In this document: one piece after another, positions 27,047 to 35,670 of the stretch
Numbering within the stretch: the first letter of the stretch is position 1
Layout: the number at the start of each line of letters is the position of its first letter
Assembly (NCBI GenBank): GCA_937867645.1
Contig: CALMKE010000073.1
Location: 1-59,583 of the forward strand
DNA length: 59,583 nt
Origin: an uncultured Gemmatimonadota bacterium
Lineage (GTDB): Bacteria > Gemmatimonadota > Gemmatimonadetes > Gemmatimonadales > Gemmatimonadaceae
Reading direction: 5' to 3'
Made by a program: the position numbers and the translations under genes
Notes under the pieces: generated by a model
What the model was told of the DNA's origin: nothing
The model's input: only the letters and a program-made list of their open reading frames with translations
Database searches by the model: none

Positions 27047-27776
27047 GGTCGGGCGCGGACTGGACGCGCTCGCCGCGGCGATTGTGCCGCTTCCCGCGGT
27101 CGCCTGGCTCGACTCTGATTTTGGCGATACTCTCCTGAACGACGGGTGAGAGGAACAGATCCACGAGATCGGGATCGAACTGGGTGCCGCGCCCCGCCAG
27201 TAGCGCTTCGCGCGCTTCGCGCAGGCTGCGCGCGCGGCTGTACCGTCGCCGGTGCGTGATCGCGTCGAACGCGTCCACGATCGCGACGATTCGCGCGGCC
27301 TGCGGGATGTGGCGTCCCTTCCGCCCCCGCGGATAACCCCTACCGTCCCACCGCTCATGGTGCGCCAGCACACCCGCGGATAGATCGGGATAGAAGGCGC
27401 ACAGCGGCTCGAGGACTTCCGCGCCGCGAAGGGGGTGGGTCATGATCGCCCGCTTCGCGTCCGGCGAGAGCTTGCTCGGATCGTGCAGGATGTCGAACAG
27501 CGCCTCGTGGATCTTGCCGATGTCGTGGAAGAGCGCGACACGCTCCACGCTGCGCTTCTCGTGCTCGGAGAGTCCCGCGGCATCCGCCAGCTCCAACGCG
27601 TACTGCGCCACGCGCCGCACGTGCTGGCCCGTGTCCTCGTCGTTCGCGTCGATCGCGTTCAGCAGGGTCTCGAGCGTGGCCGAGCCGAGCCGGAGGGCCT
27701 GTTGGTAGATGCGCCGCTGGCGCATAGCTAGCAGAGCCGCGGCGGCGCCGACGGCAAACTGGAAGATCGCAAGCAT
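26976..27776 (-). CDS. HD-GYP domain protein (c-di-GMP phosphodiesterase family), single N-terminal TM
   Basis: The HD motif (ALFHDIGK) and HHERWDGRGYPRG (GYP) are present. I use the start at ATG 27776 (MLAIFQFAVGAAAALLA). The 3' end overlaps the thiE 3' end convergently by 71 nt. Confidence 0.85.
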   Translation of the reverse strand: MLAIFQFAVGAAAALLAMRQRRIYQQALRLGSATLETLLNAIDANDEDTGQHVRRVAQYALELADAAGLSEHEKRSVERVALFHDIGKIHEALFDILHDPSKLSPDAKRAIMTHPLRGAEVLEPLCAFYPDLSAGVLAHHERWDGRGYPRGRKGRHIPQAARIVAIVDAFDAITHRRRYSRARSLREAREALLAGRGTQFDPDLVDLFLSPVVQESIAKIRVEPGDRGKRHNRRGERVQSAPDLIFRWRPAKPARRSPRRRRRTAS

Positions 27777-27839
27777 TCGGCAGCCCCCAATGCAAGAACC
27801 GGCGCATCTGCCTGCCGGCGGTCGCGCTAACTTCAGGTC

Positions 27840-29003
27840 GTGGATTCGGTAATCGTCAACCGCAAGGCCGAAAAGCGCTGGGAGACGGGGCACCCGTGGA
27901 TCTTTCGCAGCGACGTGCTCGAGCGCGCGCAATCACCGGCGGGCGCCGTGCGAGTGACGGCCGCCAACGGACGGCCGCTCGGCGTCGCGCTGTGGAGCCC
28001 CCAATCCGAGATCTCGCTGCGGATGATAGACGTCGACCCGCGCGCGACGATCGACGCCGAATGGTGGCGGCGACGGCTGGAAAGAGCCGTGCAACGGCGC
28101 ACGCACGTGACCTCGCAGGCCACCGCCTACCGGCTCGTGCATGGCGAGGCGGACGCCTGCCCGTCGCTGATCTGCGACCGCTACGGCGAATATCTCGTGG
28201 TGCAGCTGCTGAGCGCGGGTGTGGAGAGCTTCCGCGCCGAGATAGTGGACGCGCTCGTTCAGCTGCTGCGCCCGACGGGAATCCTCGCGCGAAACGACGT
28301 GCCGGTCCGCACGCGCGAAGGGCTACCGCGCTCGGTGGAAGCGCTGCACGGCGAGGTTCCACGCGAGATAGAGGTGGAGGAAAGCGGCGTCCGCTATCTG
28401 GCCGCGCCATGGGACGGGCAAAAGACCGGCGCGTTTCTGGATCAGCGCGAGAACCGCGCCCTGATCGGCGGCGTCTCGCGCGGGCGCGCGCTCGACTGCT
28501 TCAGCTATCACGGCTCGTTCGCGCTGCATCTGGCGCGCGCCGCCCAGACCGTCACGGCGCTGGACTCGTCCGCCTCCGCGCTGGAGCGGGCGCGCGCGAA
28601 CGCGGCGCTCAACGACTTCGGCAACATCGAGTTCGTCGAAGCCGACGCGTTCGACTTTCTGCGGGCGGCCGACGCGCGCAGGGAGCGGTACGACACCATC
28701 GTGCTCGACCCGCCCGCTTTCGCGAAAACCAGACAGTCACTCGCCGGAGCGCTGCGCGGATACAAGGAGATCAACCTTCGGGGGATGAAGCTCCTCGCCC
28801 GGGACGGCCACCTCTTCACGGCGAGCTGCAGCTTTCACGTTGGTCGCGACCTGTTCTTCGAGATGCTGCAGGAAGCGGCGGCGGATTCCGGGCGCGCGCT
28901 CGCAATCCGGGCGCTGACCGGCCAGCCAAGCGATCATCCGGAGATCCTCACGATTCCCGAGACCGGCTACATCAAGGGCGCTCTGCTGCAGGCGCTCGAT
29001 TGA
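27840..29003 (+). CDS. Class I SAM-dependent rRNA methyltransferase, RlmI-like (PUA + MTase)
   Basis: 387 aa. The N-terminal KAEKRWETGHPWIFRSDV is PUA-like. The MTase motifs are ALDCFSYHGSFALHLA and IVLDPPAFAK. Confidence 0.82.
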   Translation: MDSVIVNRKAEKRWETGHPWIFRSDVLERAQSPAGAVRVTAANGRPLGVALWSPQSEISLRMIDVDPRATIDAEWWRRRLERAVQRRTHVTSQATAYRLVHGEADACPSLICDRYGEYLVVQLLSAGVESFRAEIVDALVQLLRPTGILARNDVPVRTREGLPRSVEALHGEVPREIEVEESGVRYLAAPWDGQKTGAFLDQRENRALIGGVSRGRALDCFSYHGSFALHLARAAQTVTALDSSASALERARANAALNDFGNIEFVEADAFDFLRAADARRERYDTIVLDPPAFAKTRQSLAGALRGYKEINLRGMKLLARDGHLFTASCSFHVGRDLFFEMLQEAAADSGRALAIRALTGQPSDHPEILTIPETGYIKGALLQALD

Positions 29004-29070
29004 CACGGACGATTTATTTTACTTGCGTCGTCCACCGACTGTCCTACCTTTGGATTTTTCGGAAGTGCTG

Positions 29071-29841
29071 ATGCCGCAACATGTGCTCCGGTCGTTAAAG
29101 CACGAGTACCAGGTCTTCGTCGAGTCCGAGATCGAGCGCTACAAGGACTCGGTGTCGCGGCATTCGCTGCTGGGGATCGCCGACGAAGCGGTCGCCGCGC
29201 TGCGCTCGCAGGCGCAATACGAGCCGGAAGAGCTCTCGCTCTGCGCCGAGGTGGACCGGCTGATCGCGCGCCGCATCAAGCTCCCCAAGTACACCACGTG
29301 GCAGCGCAAGCGGCTCAAACGCCTCGCCGAGTATCGCAAGCCGGAGACGTGGGGGATCGCGCCGGACGGTCCGCTGGTTCGCGAGATCAAGCCCGGGTCC
29401 GACACGCACGTGCTCGTCACCGGCGCCGAGTGCGAGCGCGCCGCGATCTATCTGGCCGCGCACGGCTGCGCGGTCACGGCGATCAACGAAGAAGAGGACT
29501 GCGTGGACCGCGTGGTCGCGGCGGCGGCCGCGGCCGGCCTCAACTCACGCATCGACGCCTGCGTCGCCGACCTGGGAACGTGGTCGCCCAAGCCGTTGAC
29601 CGCGGTCGTCTGTCCCGGCGACACGCTCGCCTCATTGGCTCCGCACGACCGGCAGCGAGTCATCGAGCTGTTGCAGGGCGCGACGAAAGCCGGCGGCGTG
29701 CACCTCTTCGAGACGATCCTCAACGGTGGCGACTCGGTGACCGTGGACGAGCTGAAAGCGCGCTATTCCGGTTGGACTGTGGCCGTCGAGCGCGAGAGCG
29801 GGACCGCGCGGAGCTTCCTCGCGAAAAAGGCCGCGGCGTAA
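29071..29841 (+). CDS. Hypothetical protein with degenerate Rossmann/methyltransferase-like C-terminal half
   Basis: 256 aa from the ATG at 29071. The C-terminal half (VLVTGAECERAAIYLAAHGCAVTAINEEE...VCPGDTLASL...GGVHLFETI) has the layout of a TehB-like class I MTase. The glycine-rich motif I is not conserved. Confidence 0.6.
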   Translation: MPQHVLRSLKHEYQVFVESEIERYKDSVSRHSLLGIADEAVAALRSQAQYEPEELSLCAEVDRLIARRIKLPKYTTWQRKRLKRLAEYRKPETWGIAPDGPLVREIKPGSDTHVLVTGAECERAAIYLAAHGCAVTAINEEEDCVDRVVAAAAAAGLNSRIDACVADLGTWSPKPLTAVVCPGDTLASLAPHDRQRVIELLQGATKAGGVHLFETILNGGDSVTVDELKARYSGWTVAVERESGTARSFLAKKAAA

Positions 29842-29959
29842 CGTTTTGACACAGCGGCTTCGCAGAAACGTGTCGTTTTGCGACATTTCTGGATACTGAA
29901 ATCGTGGCTTCCCCTCGGTAACCCCTTACCAATCAACGCTTTACCATTAACAGAGATTG

Positions 29960-29975
29960 TGGCCCCGCCCGTGCT
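29960..29975 (+). promoter_or_regulatory. Candidate sigma-54-type promoter upstream of the 50-codon ORF
   Basis: TGGCCC-CGCCC-GTGCT, with GG (29961-62) and GC (29973-74) at consensus -24/-12 spacing. It lies 34 nt upstream of the ATG at 30009, in a locally AT-richer stretch. Confidence 0.35.
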
Positions 29976-30008
29976 TTTAAGAGTGCGCACACAGCACCCC
30001 GAGGCCAC

Positions 30009-30161
30009 ATGAAAAAGAATAGTCCGTCGAAGGAAGCATTCGAGCCGATCGGCATCGTTATCTCCCGTGGCGAGCGAACCGAGCCCGTGCCTGTGGTCCT
30101 GGAGTACGTCTGGGGACCGGCGCCGGTGGAGAGCGCGCCCCCGAAAATCCGCGCCGCCTGA
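30009..30161 (+). CDS. Small protein, 50 aa (not in supplied ORF track)
   Basis: The ATG at 30009 is preceded by GAGG. The ORF reads MKKNSPSKEAFEPIGIVISRGERTEPVPVVLEYVWGPAPVESAPPKIRAA with TGA at 30159-30161. Third-position GC rises after the first codons. Two hairpins follow, the second with a T-run. Confidence 0.5.
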   Translation: MKKNSPSKEAFEPIGIVISRGERTEPVPVVLEYVWGPAPVESAPPKIRAA

Positions 30162-30212
30162 GGCCCACTACTATAGGATAGGACCGCAATCCGGTCCTCT
30201 TCGAAGCATCAG

Positions 30213-30243
30213 AAACCCCGTCGCGCGCAGCGGCGGGGTTTTC
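30213..30243 (+). terminator. Rho-independent terminator/attenuator after the 50-codon ORF
   Basis: A 9-bp stem ccccgtcgc/gcggcgggg (one G-U pair) with loop gcgca is followed by TTTT. It is preceded by a second 7-bp hairpin aggaccg-caatc-cggtcct (30180-30198). Confidence 0.6.
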
Positions 30244-30266
30244 TGCATCCTTGGGCGGTATGACCA

Positions 30267-31307
30267 TTGCCCTTAGGCCCCATCGTGACCTCTGACAGCG
30301 ACTGGGAAGTCGAGCGCGAGCGGCTCCTCTCGCAGCGAATATCGGACATCGGCCTTTCCCTGGAAGGGACGGTGCTCGAGCAGCTCGTCACTCAACTGTA
30401 CGTCGAGCTCGATGGGCGTGGACTCGTGTTCCGTCCGCGCGTGTATCTCAGCGACCAATGGGGATGCCCGGACGGGACGCCGCTGATTGGGGTGCCGTTC
30501 TATCTCGCCGACCCGCGGCTCGCCCGCATCGAGGAAGATTTCGCGCTCGAGGTCGAGAGCGAGGTGGACGTGATGCGGTTCCTGCGGCACGAAGCGGGGC
30601 ATGCGTTCAACTACGCGTACCGGCTGCACGACCGCGCCGACTGGCATGAGGTGTTCGGCCCCTACTCCCGTCCGTACCGCGACCGCTACCGCTCGGATCC
30701 GTTCACGCACCAGTACGTCCGCCACATCCTCGGCTGGTACGCGCAGAAGCACCCGGACGAGGATTTCGCCGAGACGTTCGCGGTGTGGCTTACGCCCGAT
30801 CTCGACTGGCGCGCCGAATACGCGGGGTGGGGCGCGCTCAAAAAGCTCGAGTACATCGACACCGTGATGCGCGAAGTCGGGCAGGTGCAGCCCGAGACTC
30901 CGGAGCTGACAGACGATGACCTGCCGGTGACCGCCATGCAGTACACGCTCGCCGAGCATTACCGGGACATGGACGACGCCCTTCCGGTGAGCGATCCGCG
31001 TATCTTCGACGGCGACCTGCGCACGCTGTTCGGCAAGGCGGGGGAGATTCCCGACAATGAGCGGGCGGCGGATTTTATCCGCCGTCACCGGCGTGAGATC
31101 GCGGGACGAATCGCGTACTGGACCGGCGAGCCGCCGGCGGTGGTCCGCAAGTTCGTGGACCTGATCGCCGAGCGGGCGGACGCGCTGGAGCTCGCGGTGC
31201 GCGGGCGGGAGGCGTCCACGCTCATCGAGCTCACCGCGTTCGGGACCGCCGTGGTGATGAACTACCGCTACACCGACGATTTTGCCGGAGACAGGCCGGG
31301 CGAATGA
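30267..31307 (+). CDS. Putative zinc metallopeptidase (HExxH; Peptidase_Mx-like family)
   Basis: 346 aa with the motif FLRHEAGHAFNY (HExxH) and downstream ...HPDEDFAETFAVW. The start (TTG 30267 or GTG 30285) is uncertain. The stop overlaps the next ATG (ATGA at 31304-31307). Confidence 0.7.
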   Translation: MPLGPIVTSDSDWEVERERLLSQRISDIGLSLEGTVLEQLVTQLYVELDGRGLVFRPRVYLSDQWGCPDGTPLIGVPFYLADPRLARIEEDFALEVESEVDVMRFLRHEAGHAFNYAYRLHDRADWHEVFGPYSRPYRDRYRSDPFTHQYVRHILGWYAQKHPDEDFAETFAVWLTPDLDWRAEYAGWGALKKLEYIDTVMREVGQVQPETPELTDDDLPVTAMQYTLAEHYRDMDDALPVSDPRIFDGDLRTLFGKAGEIPDNERAADFIRRHRREIAGRIAYWTGEPPAVVRKFVDLIAERADALELAVRGREASTLIELTAFGTAVVMNYRYTDDFAGDRPGE

Positions 31308-32287
31308 AGATCACTCTGCTGCACACGCAGGACGCGCTGGATGATCCACTCGATCCCGTGCTCGCGCAGATCGAGGACGCGCTCGCGCGGCTGGGCCACG
31401 AGCCCGCGCGGATCGTCGTGGACGACAAGGTTCAGCCGGTCGTCACCGCGCTGGCGCAACAGCCGCCCGACCTCGTCTTCAACCTGTGCGAGTCGTTCGG
31501 CGGGCGGAGCGCGCTCGAGTCCAACGTCGCCGCGCTGCTCAACCTGCTCGACTTGCGCTACACCGGCTCGAGTCCGGCCGGGCTCATCGTCGCCGGCGAC
31601 AAGACTCTGACGAAGAAGGTGCTCACGTTCCACGGGATTCTCACGCCGAAATTCGCCACCATGTTTCGCGGCACGGTGGACTGGGCGGGTGACATCGAGT
31701 TCCCGCTCATCGTGAAGCCGCCGCAGGAGGACGCTTCCCTCGGCATTACCGGCAAGTCGGTGGTGCGCGACGTGAAGGAGCTGCTCGAGACCATGAGCTC
31801 GCTGCAGACCGAGTACAAGTCGGCGGTGCTGGCGGAGCAGTTCATCGACGGGCGCGAGTTCTACGTCGGCGTGCTCGGCAACTCCGCTCCCGAAGCGCTG
31901 CCGGTGATCGAGCTGGATTTCACGGGCTTCCCCGCCGACAAGCCGCGGATCGCGAGCTGGGCCGCGAAGTGGGGGGACGAAGGCGACGAATCCGGCGCCG
32001 AGTTCGCGGGCACCAAGTCGGTGTTCCCCACGGGGCTGAGCGAGGAGCTGGTCGAGAGGATGCAGCAGGTCGCGATCGATTCGTTCAACGCGCTGCGGCT
32101 GCGCGACTATGCGCGCGTGGACCTGCGCGTCACGGACGCGGGCGAGATCTACGTGATCGAGGTGAACCCGAACTGTTACCTGGAAGCGGGGAGCGAGTTC
32201 GCGCGCGCGGCGGCCGAGGCCGGGATACAGTACGACCAGCTCATCGAGAAGATCATCGAGCTGGCGACCGCCAGATATTCCCGCTAA
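31304..32287 (+). CDS. ATP-grasp ligase, D-alanine--D-alanine ligase-like family
   Basis: 327 aa. ATP-grasp strings are present: DKTLTKKVLTFHGILTPKF, FPLIVKPPQEDASLGI, VLAEQFIDGREFYVGVLG and ARVDLRVTDAGEIYVIEVNPN. Confidence 0.85.
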   Translation: MKITLLHTQDALDDPLDPVLAQIEDALARLGHEPARIVVDDKVQPVVTALAQQPPDLVFNLCESFGGRSALESNVAALLNLLDLRYTGSSPAGLIVAGDKTLTKKVLTFHGILTPKFATMFRGTVDWAGDIEFPLIVKPPQEDASLGITGKSVVRDVKELLETMSSLQTEYKSAVLAEQFIDGREFYVGVLGNSAPEALPVIELDFTGFPADKPRIASWAAKWGDEGDESGAEFAGTKSVFPTGLSEELVERMQQVAIDSFNALRLRDYARVDLRVTDAGEIYVIEVNPNCYLEAGSEFARAAAEAGIQYDQLIEKIIELATARYSR

Positions 32288-32289
32288 TG

Positions 32290-32320
32290 AAAAAAGCCGG
32301 CGACAGGCCGGCTTTCTTCT
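32290..32320. terminator. Bidirectional rho-independent terminator
   Basis: AAAAA-agccggc-gacag-gccggct-TTTCTT. The stem is flanked by an A-run and a T-run. It lies between the convergent ATP-grasp gene and the small basic-protein gene. Confidence 0.75.
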
Positions 32321-32355
32321 TCATCTATTCCGCCGACGAGTCGGCGGCAGCGCCT

Positions 32356-32490
32356 CTAGCGCTTGCGCTTCTTGGCCGAGCTCTTCCGCGCGCTCTTGCG
32401 GGCGGTCTTGCGGCCCGTGCTCTTGCGGGCGCTCTTGCGGGCCGTCTTGCGACCAGTCGCCTTTTTCCGTGCCTTCTTTCTGGCTGCCAT
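32356..32490 (-). CDS. 44-aa lysine/arginine-repeat basic protein (histone H1/HC2-like composition)
   Basis: The ORF reads MAARKKARKKATGRKTARKSARKSTGRKTARKSARKSSAKKRKR. By my count 23 of 44 residues are K/R, and there is an exact 12-aa repeat GRKTARKSARKS x2. GGAG lies about 7 nt upstream of the ATG at 32490. The longer track ORF N-terminus (to 32589) looks non-coding. Confidence 0.6.
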   Translation of the reverse strand: MAARKKARKKATGRKTARKSARKSTGRKTARKSARKSSAKKRKR

Positions 32491-32757
32491 CGTCTCGCTC
32501 CATTCAGGAGTGGATTTCTCACCTGTCCACCGGTGGACCGGCGAGCACAGCGAATGCAACTTCGAACGTTGCACGATCACGACGCTCACACCAACAGCAT
32601 GTTTGCAATCGCAATCGACGCGAATATATGAATTGACGTGTCAATCACGCAATAGGAAATGTGCGCGGCGTCATTGTCAGTTCCGCGTCGCAATGCTTTC
32701 TTCATGCAGTGATCACGGACTCGCAACCGTCAAACACGAACGAAACATCGCTCTAAA

Positions 32758-33783
32758 GTGAAAGCTCTCGTGAAGGAAACCGCGGCGCCCGGTTTCGTGC
32801 TGCGCGACGTGCCGGTTCCGAAAATACGCGACGACGAAGTGCTCATCCGCGTTCGGCGCGCCGGCGTCTGCGGCACAGACGTTCACATTTACGAGTGGGA
32901 CCGTTGGGCGAGCAGCAGGTGCAAGCCGCCGTTCGTCGTCGGTCACGAGTTCGCCGGCGAAGTCACGCGGGTCGGGAAGCTCGTGACCGACGTGCACGAG
33001 GGAGATCGCGTCACCGCCGAGGGACACATCGTGGACGGCCGCTGCCTGTTGTGCCGCACCGGCAACGCGCACGTGTGCCCGCATACCAAGATCATCGGCG
33101 TGGATCGAGACGGTTGTTTCGCCGAGTACATCGCCATGCCTGCGAGCAACGTCTGGCACCTCGACGACGCCATCTCGATGGACGTCGGCGGCATACACGA
33201 TCCGATCGGCAACGCGGTCCACACCGCGCTCACCGCCGCCATTCCGGGCGCGATCGTGCTCGTCACGGGGTGCGGTCCGATCGGTCTGTTCGCGATCGGA
33301 GTGTGCCGCGCAGCGGGCGCCGCCCGCGTCATCGCGTCGGACGTAAACGAGCGGCGGCTCGACCTCGCGCGCGCGATGGGAGCGCACGCGGCGGTTCATC
33401 CGGCTGATCTGAAGGCGGCAGTCATGAGCGCTACCGACGGTCTTGGCGCGGACGTCGTGCTGGAGATGTCGGGAGTGGATCCGGCCGTGCACCAGGCGCT
33501 GGCGCTCGTGCGGGTTGGCGGCCGCGTGCAGATGCTCGGAATACCCTCCGCCCCGATCGCGATCGATTTCGCCTCCGAGGTGATCTTCAAGGGCCTCACC
33601 ATCTACGGCGTAGTGGGGCGGCGGATGTACGACACCTGGCACCAGGTCACGCGCCTGCTTCGCTCGGGCCGGTTCGACCCGACGCCGGTGATAACCCACC
33701 GGTTTCCCCTGGAACAGGCCGAGGCCGCGATCGCCGTCATCAAGTCCGGCGACGCGGGCAAGGTCATCTTCGAGATAGCGTGA
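32758..33783 (+). CDS. tdh: L-threonine 3-dehydrogenase
   Basis: 341 aa with a GTG start. Strings include MKALVKE...VLIRVRRAGVCGTDVHIYEWDRWA and GHEFAGEV. It has zinc-ADH family architecture and is followed by kbl. Confidence 0.93.
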   Translation: MKALVKETAAPGFVLRDVPVPKIRDDEVLIRVRRAGVCGTDVHIYEWDRWASSRCKPPFVVGHEFAGEVTRVGKLVTDVHEGDRVTAEGHIVDGRCLLCRTGNAHVCPHTKIIGVDRDGCFAEYIAMPASNVWHLDDAISMDVGGIHDPIGNAVHTALTAAIPGAIVLVTGCGPIGLFAIGVCRAAGAARVIASDVNERRLDLARAMGAHAAVHPADLKAAVMSATDGLGADVVLEMSGVDPAVHQALALVRVGGRVQMLGIPSAPIAIDFASEVIFKGLTIYGVVGRRMYDTWHQVTRLLRSGRFDPTPVITHRFPLEQAEAAIAVIKSGDAGKVIFEIA

Positions 33784-33793
33784 GAGACAGCAA

Positions 33794-35002
33794 ATGACGC
33801 TCAACGCGAAGTTCACCGCGCAGCTCCAGGAGCGCCTCGATCAGCTCCGCGCGGAAGGAGTGTACAAGCGCCTCAACCACCTCGATTCGCCGCAGGACGC
33901 GCGCGTCGTCATGGAAGGCCGCGGCGAGGTGCTCATCCTGTCGTCCAACAACTATCTGGGCCTCGCCGCGCAGCGCGAGGTCGTGGACGCGGGCAAGCTC
34001 GCGCTCGACAGGTTCGGCGCCGGCACCGGGAGCGTGCGGTTCATCTGCGGCACCTTCACGATCCACCGCGACCTCGAGGCGGCGCTCGCGAAGCTCGTCG
34101 GCACGGAGGCCTCACTCTCGTACGTGTCCGCGTGGAACGCCAACGAGGGATTGACGGCGACCATCGTAGAGCAGGGCGACTACGTCGTATCCGACTCGCT
34201 CAATCACGCGTCGATCATAGACTCGATGCGTCTGGCCAAGGCGATCGGCAAGTGCGAGACCGGCGTGTACAAGCACTCAGACATGGACGACCTGCGGTCC
34301 AGGCTCGCGGCCGCGAAGAGCGCGCGCCGCCGCGTGATCTGGACGGACGGGGTGTTCTCCATGGAAGGCAGCATCGCCCGTCTGCCCGAGATCCTCGAGA
34401 TCGCGCGGGAGCACGACGCCATCGTAGCCGTGGACGATTCGCACGCGACCGGCGTGCTGGGCGCGACCGGCCGCGGAACCGCGGAGCACTTCGGCGTGCT
34501 CGGCGAGATCGACGTAATCACTTCGACTCTCGGCAAGGCGCTGGGCGGAGCCGCGGGCGGCTTCGTCGCGGGCTCGGCGGCGCTGTGCGACATGCTGACC
34601 CAGCGGTCGCGCCCCCAGCTGTTCTCCAACGCTTTGCCGCCGACGGTCGCGGCCAGCGCGCTCGCGTCCGTCAAGTACCTCAGCGCCAATCCGGGAAGGG
34701 TGACGCTGCTGCGGCAGAACGCCGACTACTTCCGGGCGGCCATCACCGAGGCGGGCTTCGCGCCCCTCCCCGGCGAGACCCCGATAGTGCCGATAATCAT
34801 CGGCGAGACCGCCATGGCGATGCGAATGAGTGACATGTTGCTGGAGGAGGGCGTCTTTGTGACGGGCTTCGGCTATCCGGTCGTGCCCCAGGGGGAGGCG
34901 CGCATCCGCTGTCAGGTCAGCGCGGCCCACACCCGCGCAGACCTGGACGAGGCGATCGCCGCGTTCAAGGTTGTAGGCAAGAAGGTCGGACTTCTCAAAT
35001 GA
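33794..35002 (+). CDS. kbl: Glycine C-acetyltransferase (2-amino-3-ketobutyrate CoA ligase)
   Basis: 402 aa in the PLP-dependent alpha-oxoamine synthase family. Strings include SNNYLGL, DDSHATGVLG and the PLP-lysine context TSTLGKALGG. It lies directly downstream of tdh. Confidence 0.93.
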   Translation: MTLNAKFTAQLQERLDQLRAEGVYKRLNHLDSPQDARVVMEGRGEVLILSSNNYLGLAAQREVVDAGKLALDRFGAGTGSVRFICGTFTIHRDLEAALAKLVGTEASLSYVSAWNANEGLTATIVEQGDYVVSDSLNHASIIDSMRLAKAIGKCETGVYKHSDMDDLRSRLAAAKSARRRVIWTDGVFSMEGSIARLPEILEIAREHDAIVAVDDSHATGVLGATGRGTAEHFGVLGEIDVITSTLGKALGGAAGGFVAGSAALCDMLTQRSRPQLFSNALPPTVAASALASVKYLSANPGRVTLLRQNADYFRAAITEAGFAPLPGETPIVPIIIGETAMAMRMSDMLLEEGVFVTGFGYPVVPQGEARIRCQVSAAHTRADLDEAIAAFKVVGKKVGLLK

Positions 35003-35655
35003 GGAACGTCATGCCTCTGGGCTCGATAATCCGCGCGTTGAGCATCACCGCATTGCTCGCGACCGCAGCGCAAGCGCAGGAGTCGCGGCCGTTCCGGAAC
35101 TCCTGGTTCTGGGGCGCGAAAGTCGGGACGATGTCGGTTGGAACCACCGAGACGGGCCGCACATGGGCGCCGAGCATCGGCGCGGAGTGGCTGATCACGC
35201 GCAGCGCCGGCGGGCTGTGGGCGTTCGCGGATCACACCAGCTTCGACATCACAACCGGGGTGAGCGATCCGTCCGTCAGCGGCGGCGTCCGCGCCGTCGA
35301 GCTGCGGAACCTTCGCCGCTTCGGCTTCGCCGCGGTCGTTTCGCCCCGCGCCTTCGGCATCTTGCGGCCGTACGCCGGGCTGGGAATGTCGCTGAACGTC
35401 ATCGGCCGGGCGAGAGCCGTACCCGACAGCGCCGGAAACCCGGCGGGCAGCTCGGTACAAACGGCGATCGAAGACAGGCGCAGTCGGGCCTCGGCTCTGG
35501 GGCTGCTAGGCGTGCAGGCGCAATTCTCCCGCGCCGCGCTGTTCACTCAGCTCACGGCGACTCCGGCGAGCACGCGGTTCCTGCTGAATGACGGGCCGCA
35601 GGTGGGCTGGGATGTTGGGCTGAGATACAACTTCGGGAGCTCGGTGGCCAGGTAG
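34999..35655 (+). CDS. Small outer-membrane beta-barrel-like protein
   Basis: An ATGA overlap joins it to the kbl stop. The signal peptide is MRNVMPLGSIIRALSITALLATAAQAQ. It has an alternating beta pattern and a ...GLRYNFGSSVAR C-terminus. Confidence 0.6.
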   Translation: MRNVMPLGSIIRALSITALLATAAQAQESRPFRNSWFWGAKVGTMSVGTTETGRTWAPSIGAEWLITRSAGGLWAFADHTSFDITTGVSDPSVSGGVRAVELRNLRRFGFAAVVSPRAFGILRPYAGLGMSLNVIGRARAVPDSAGNPAGSSVQTAIEDRRSRASALGLLGVQAQFSRAALFTQLTATPASTRFLLNDGPQVGWDVGLRYNFGSSVAR

Positions 35656-35670
35656 AAAAACGGCTCCGGA

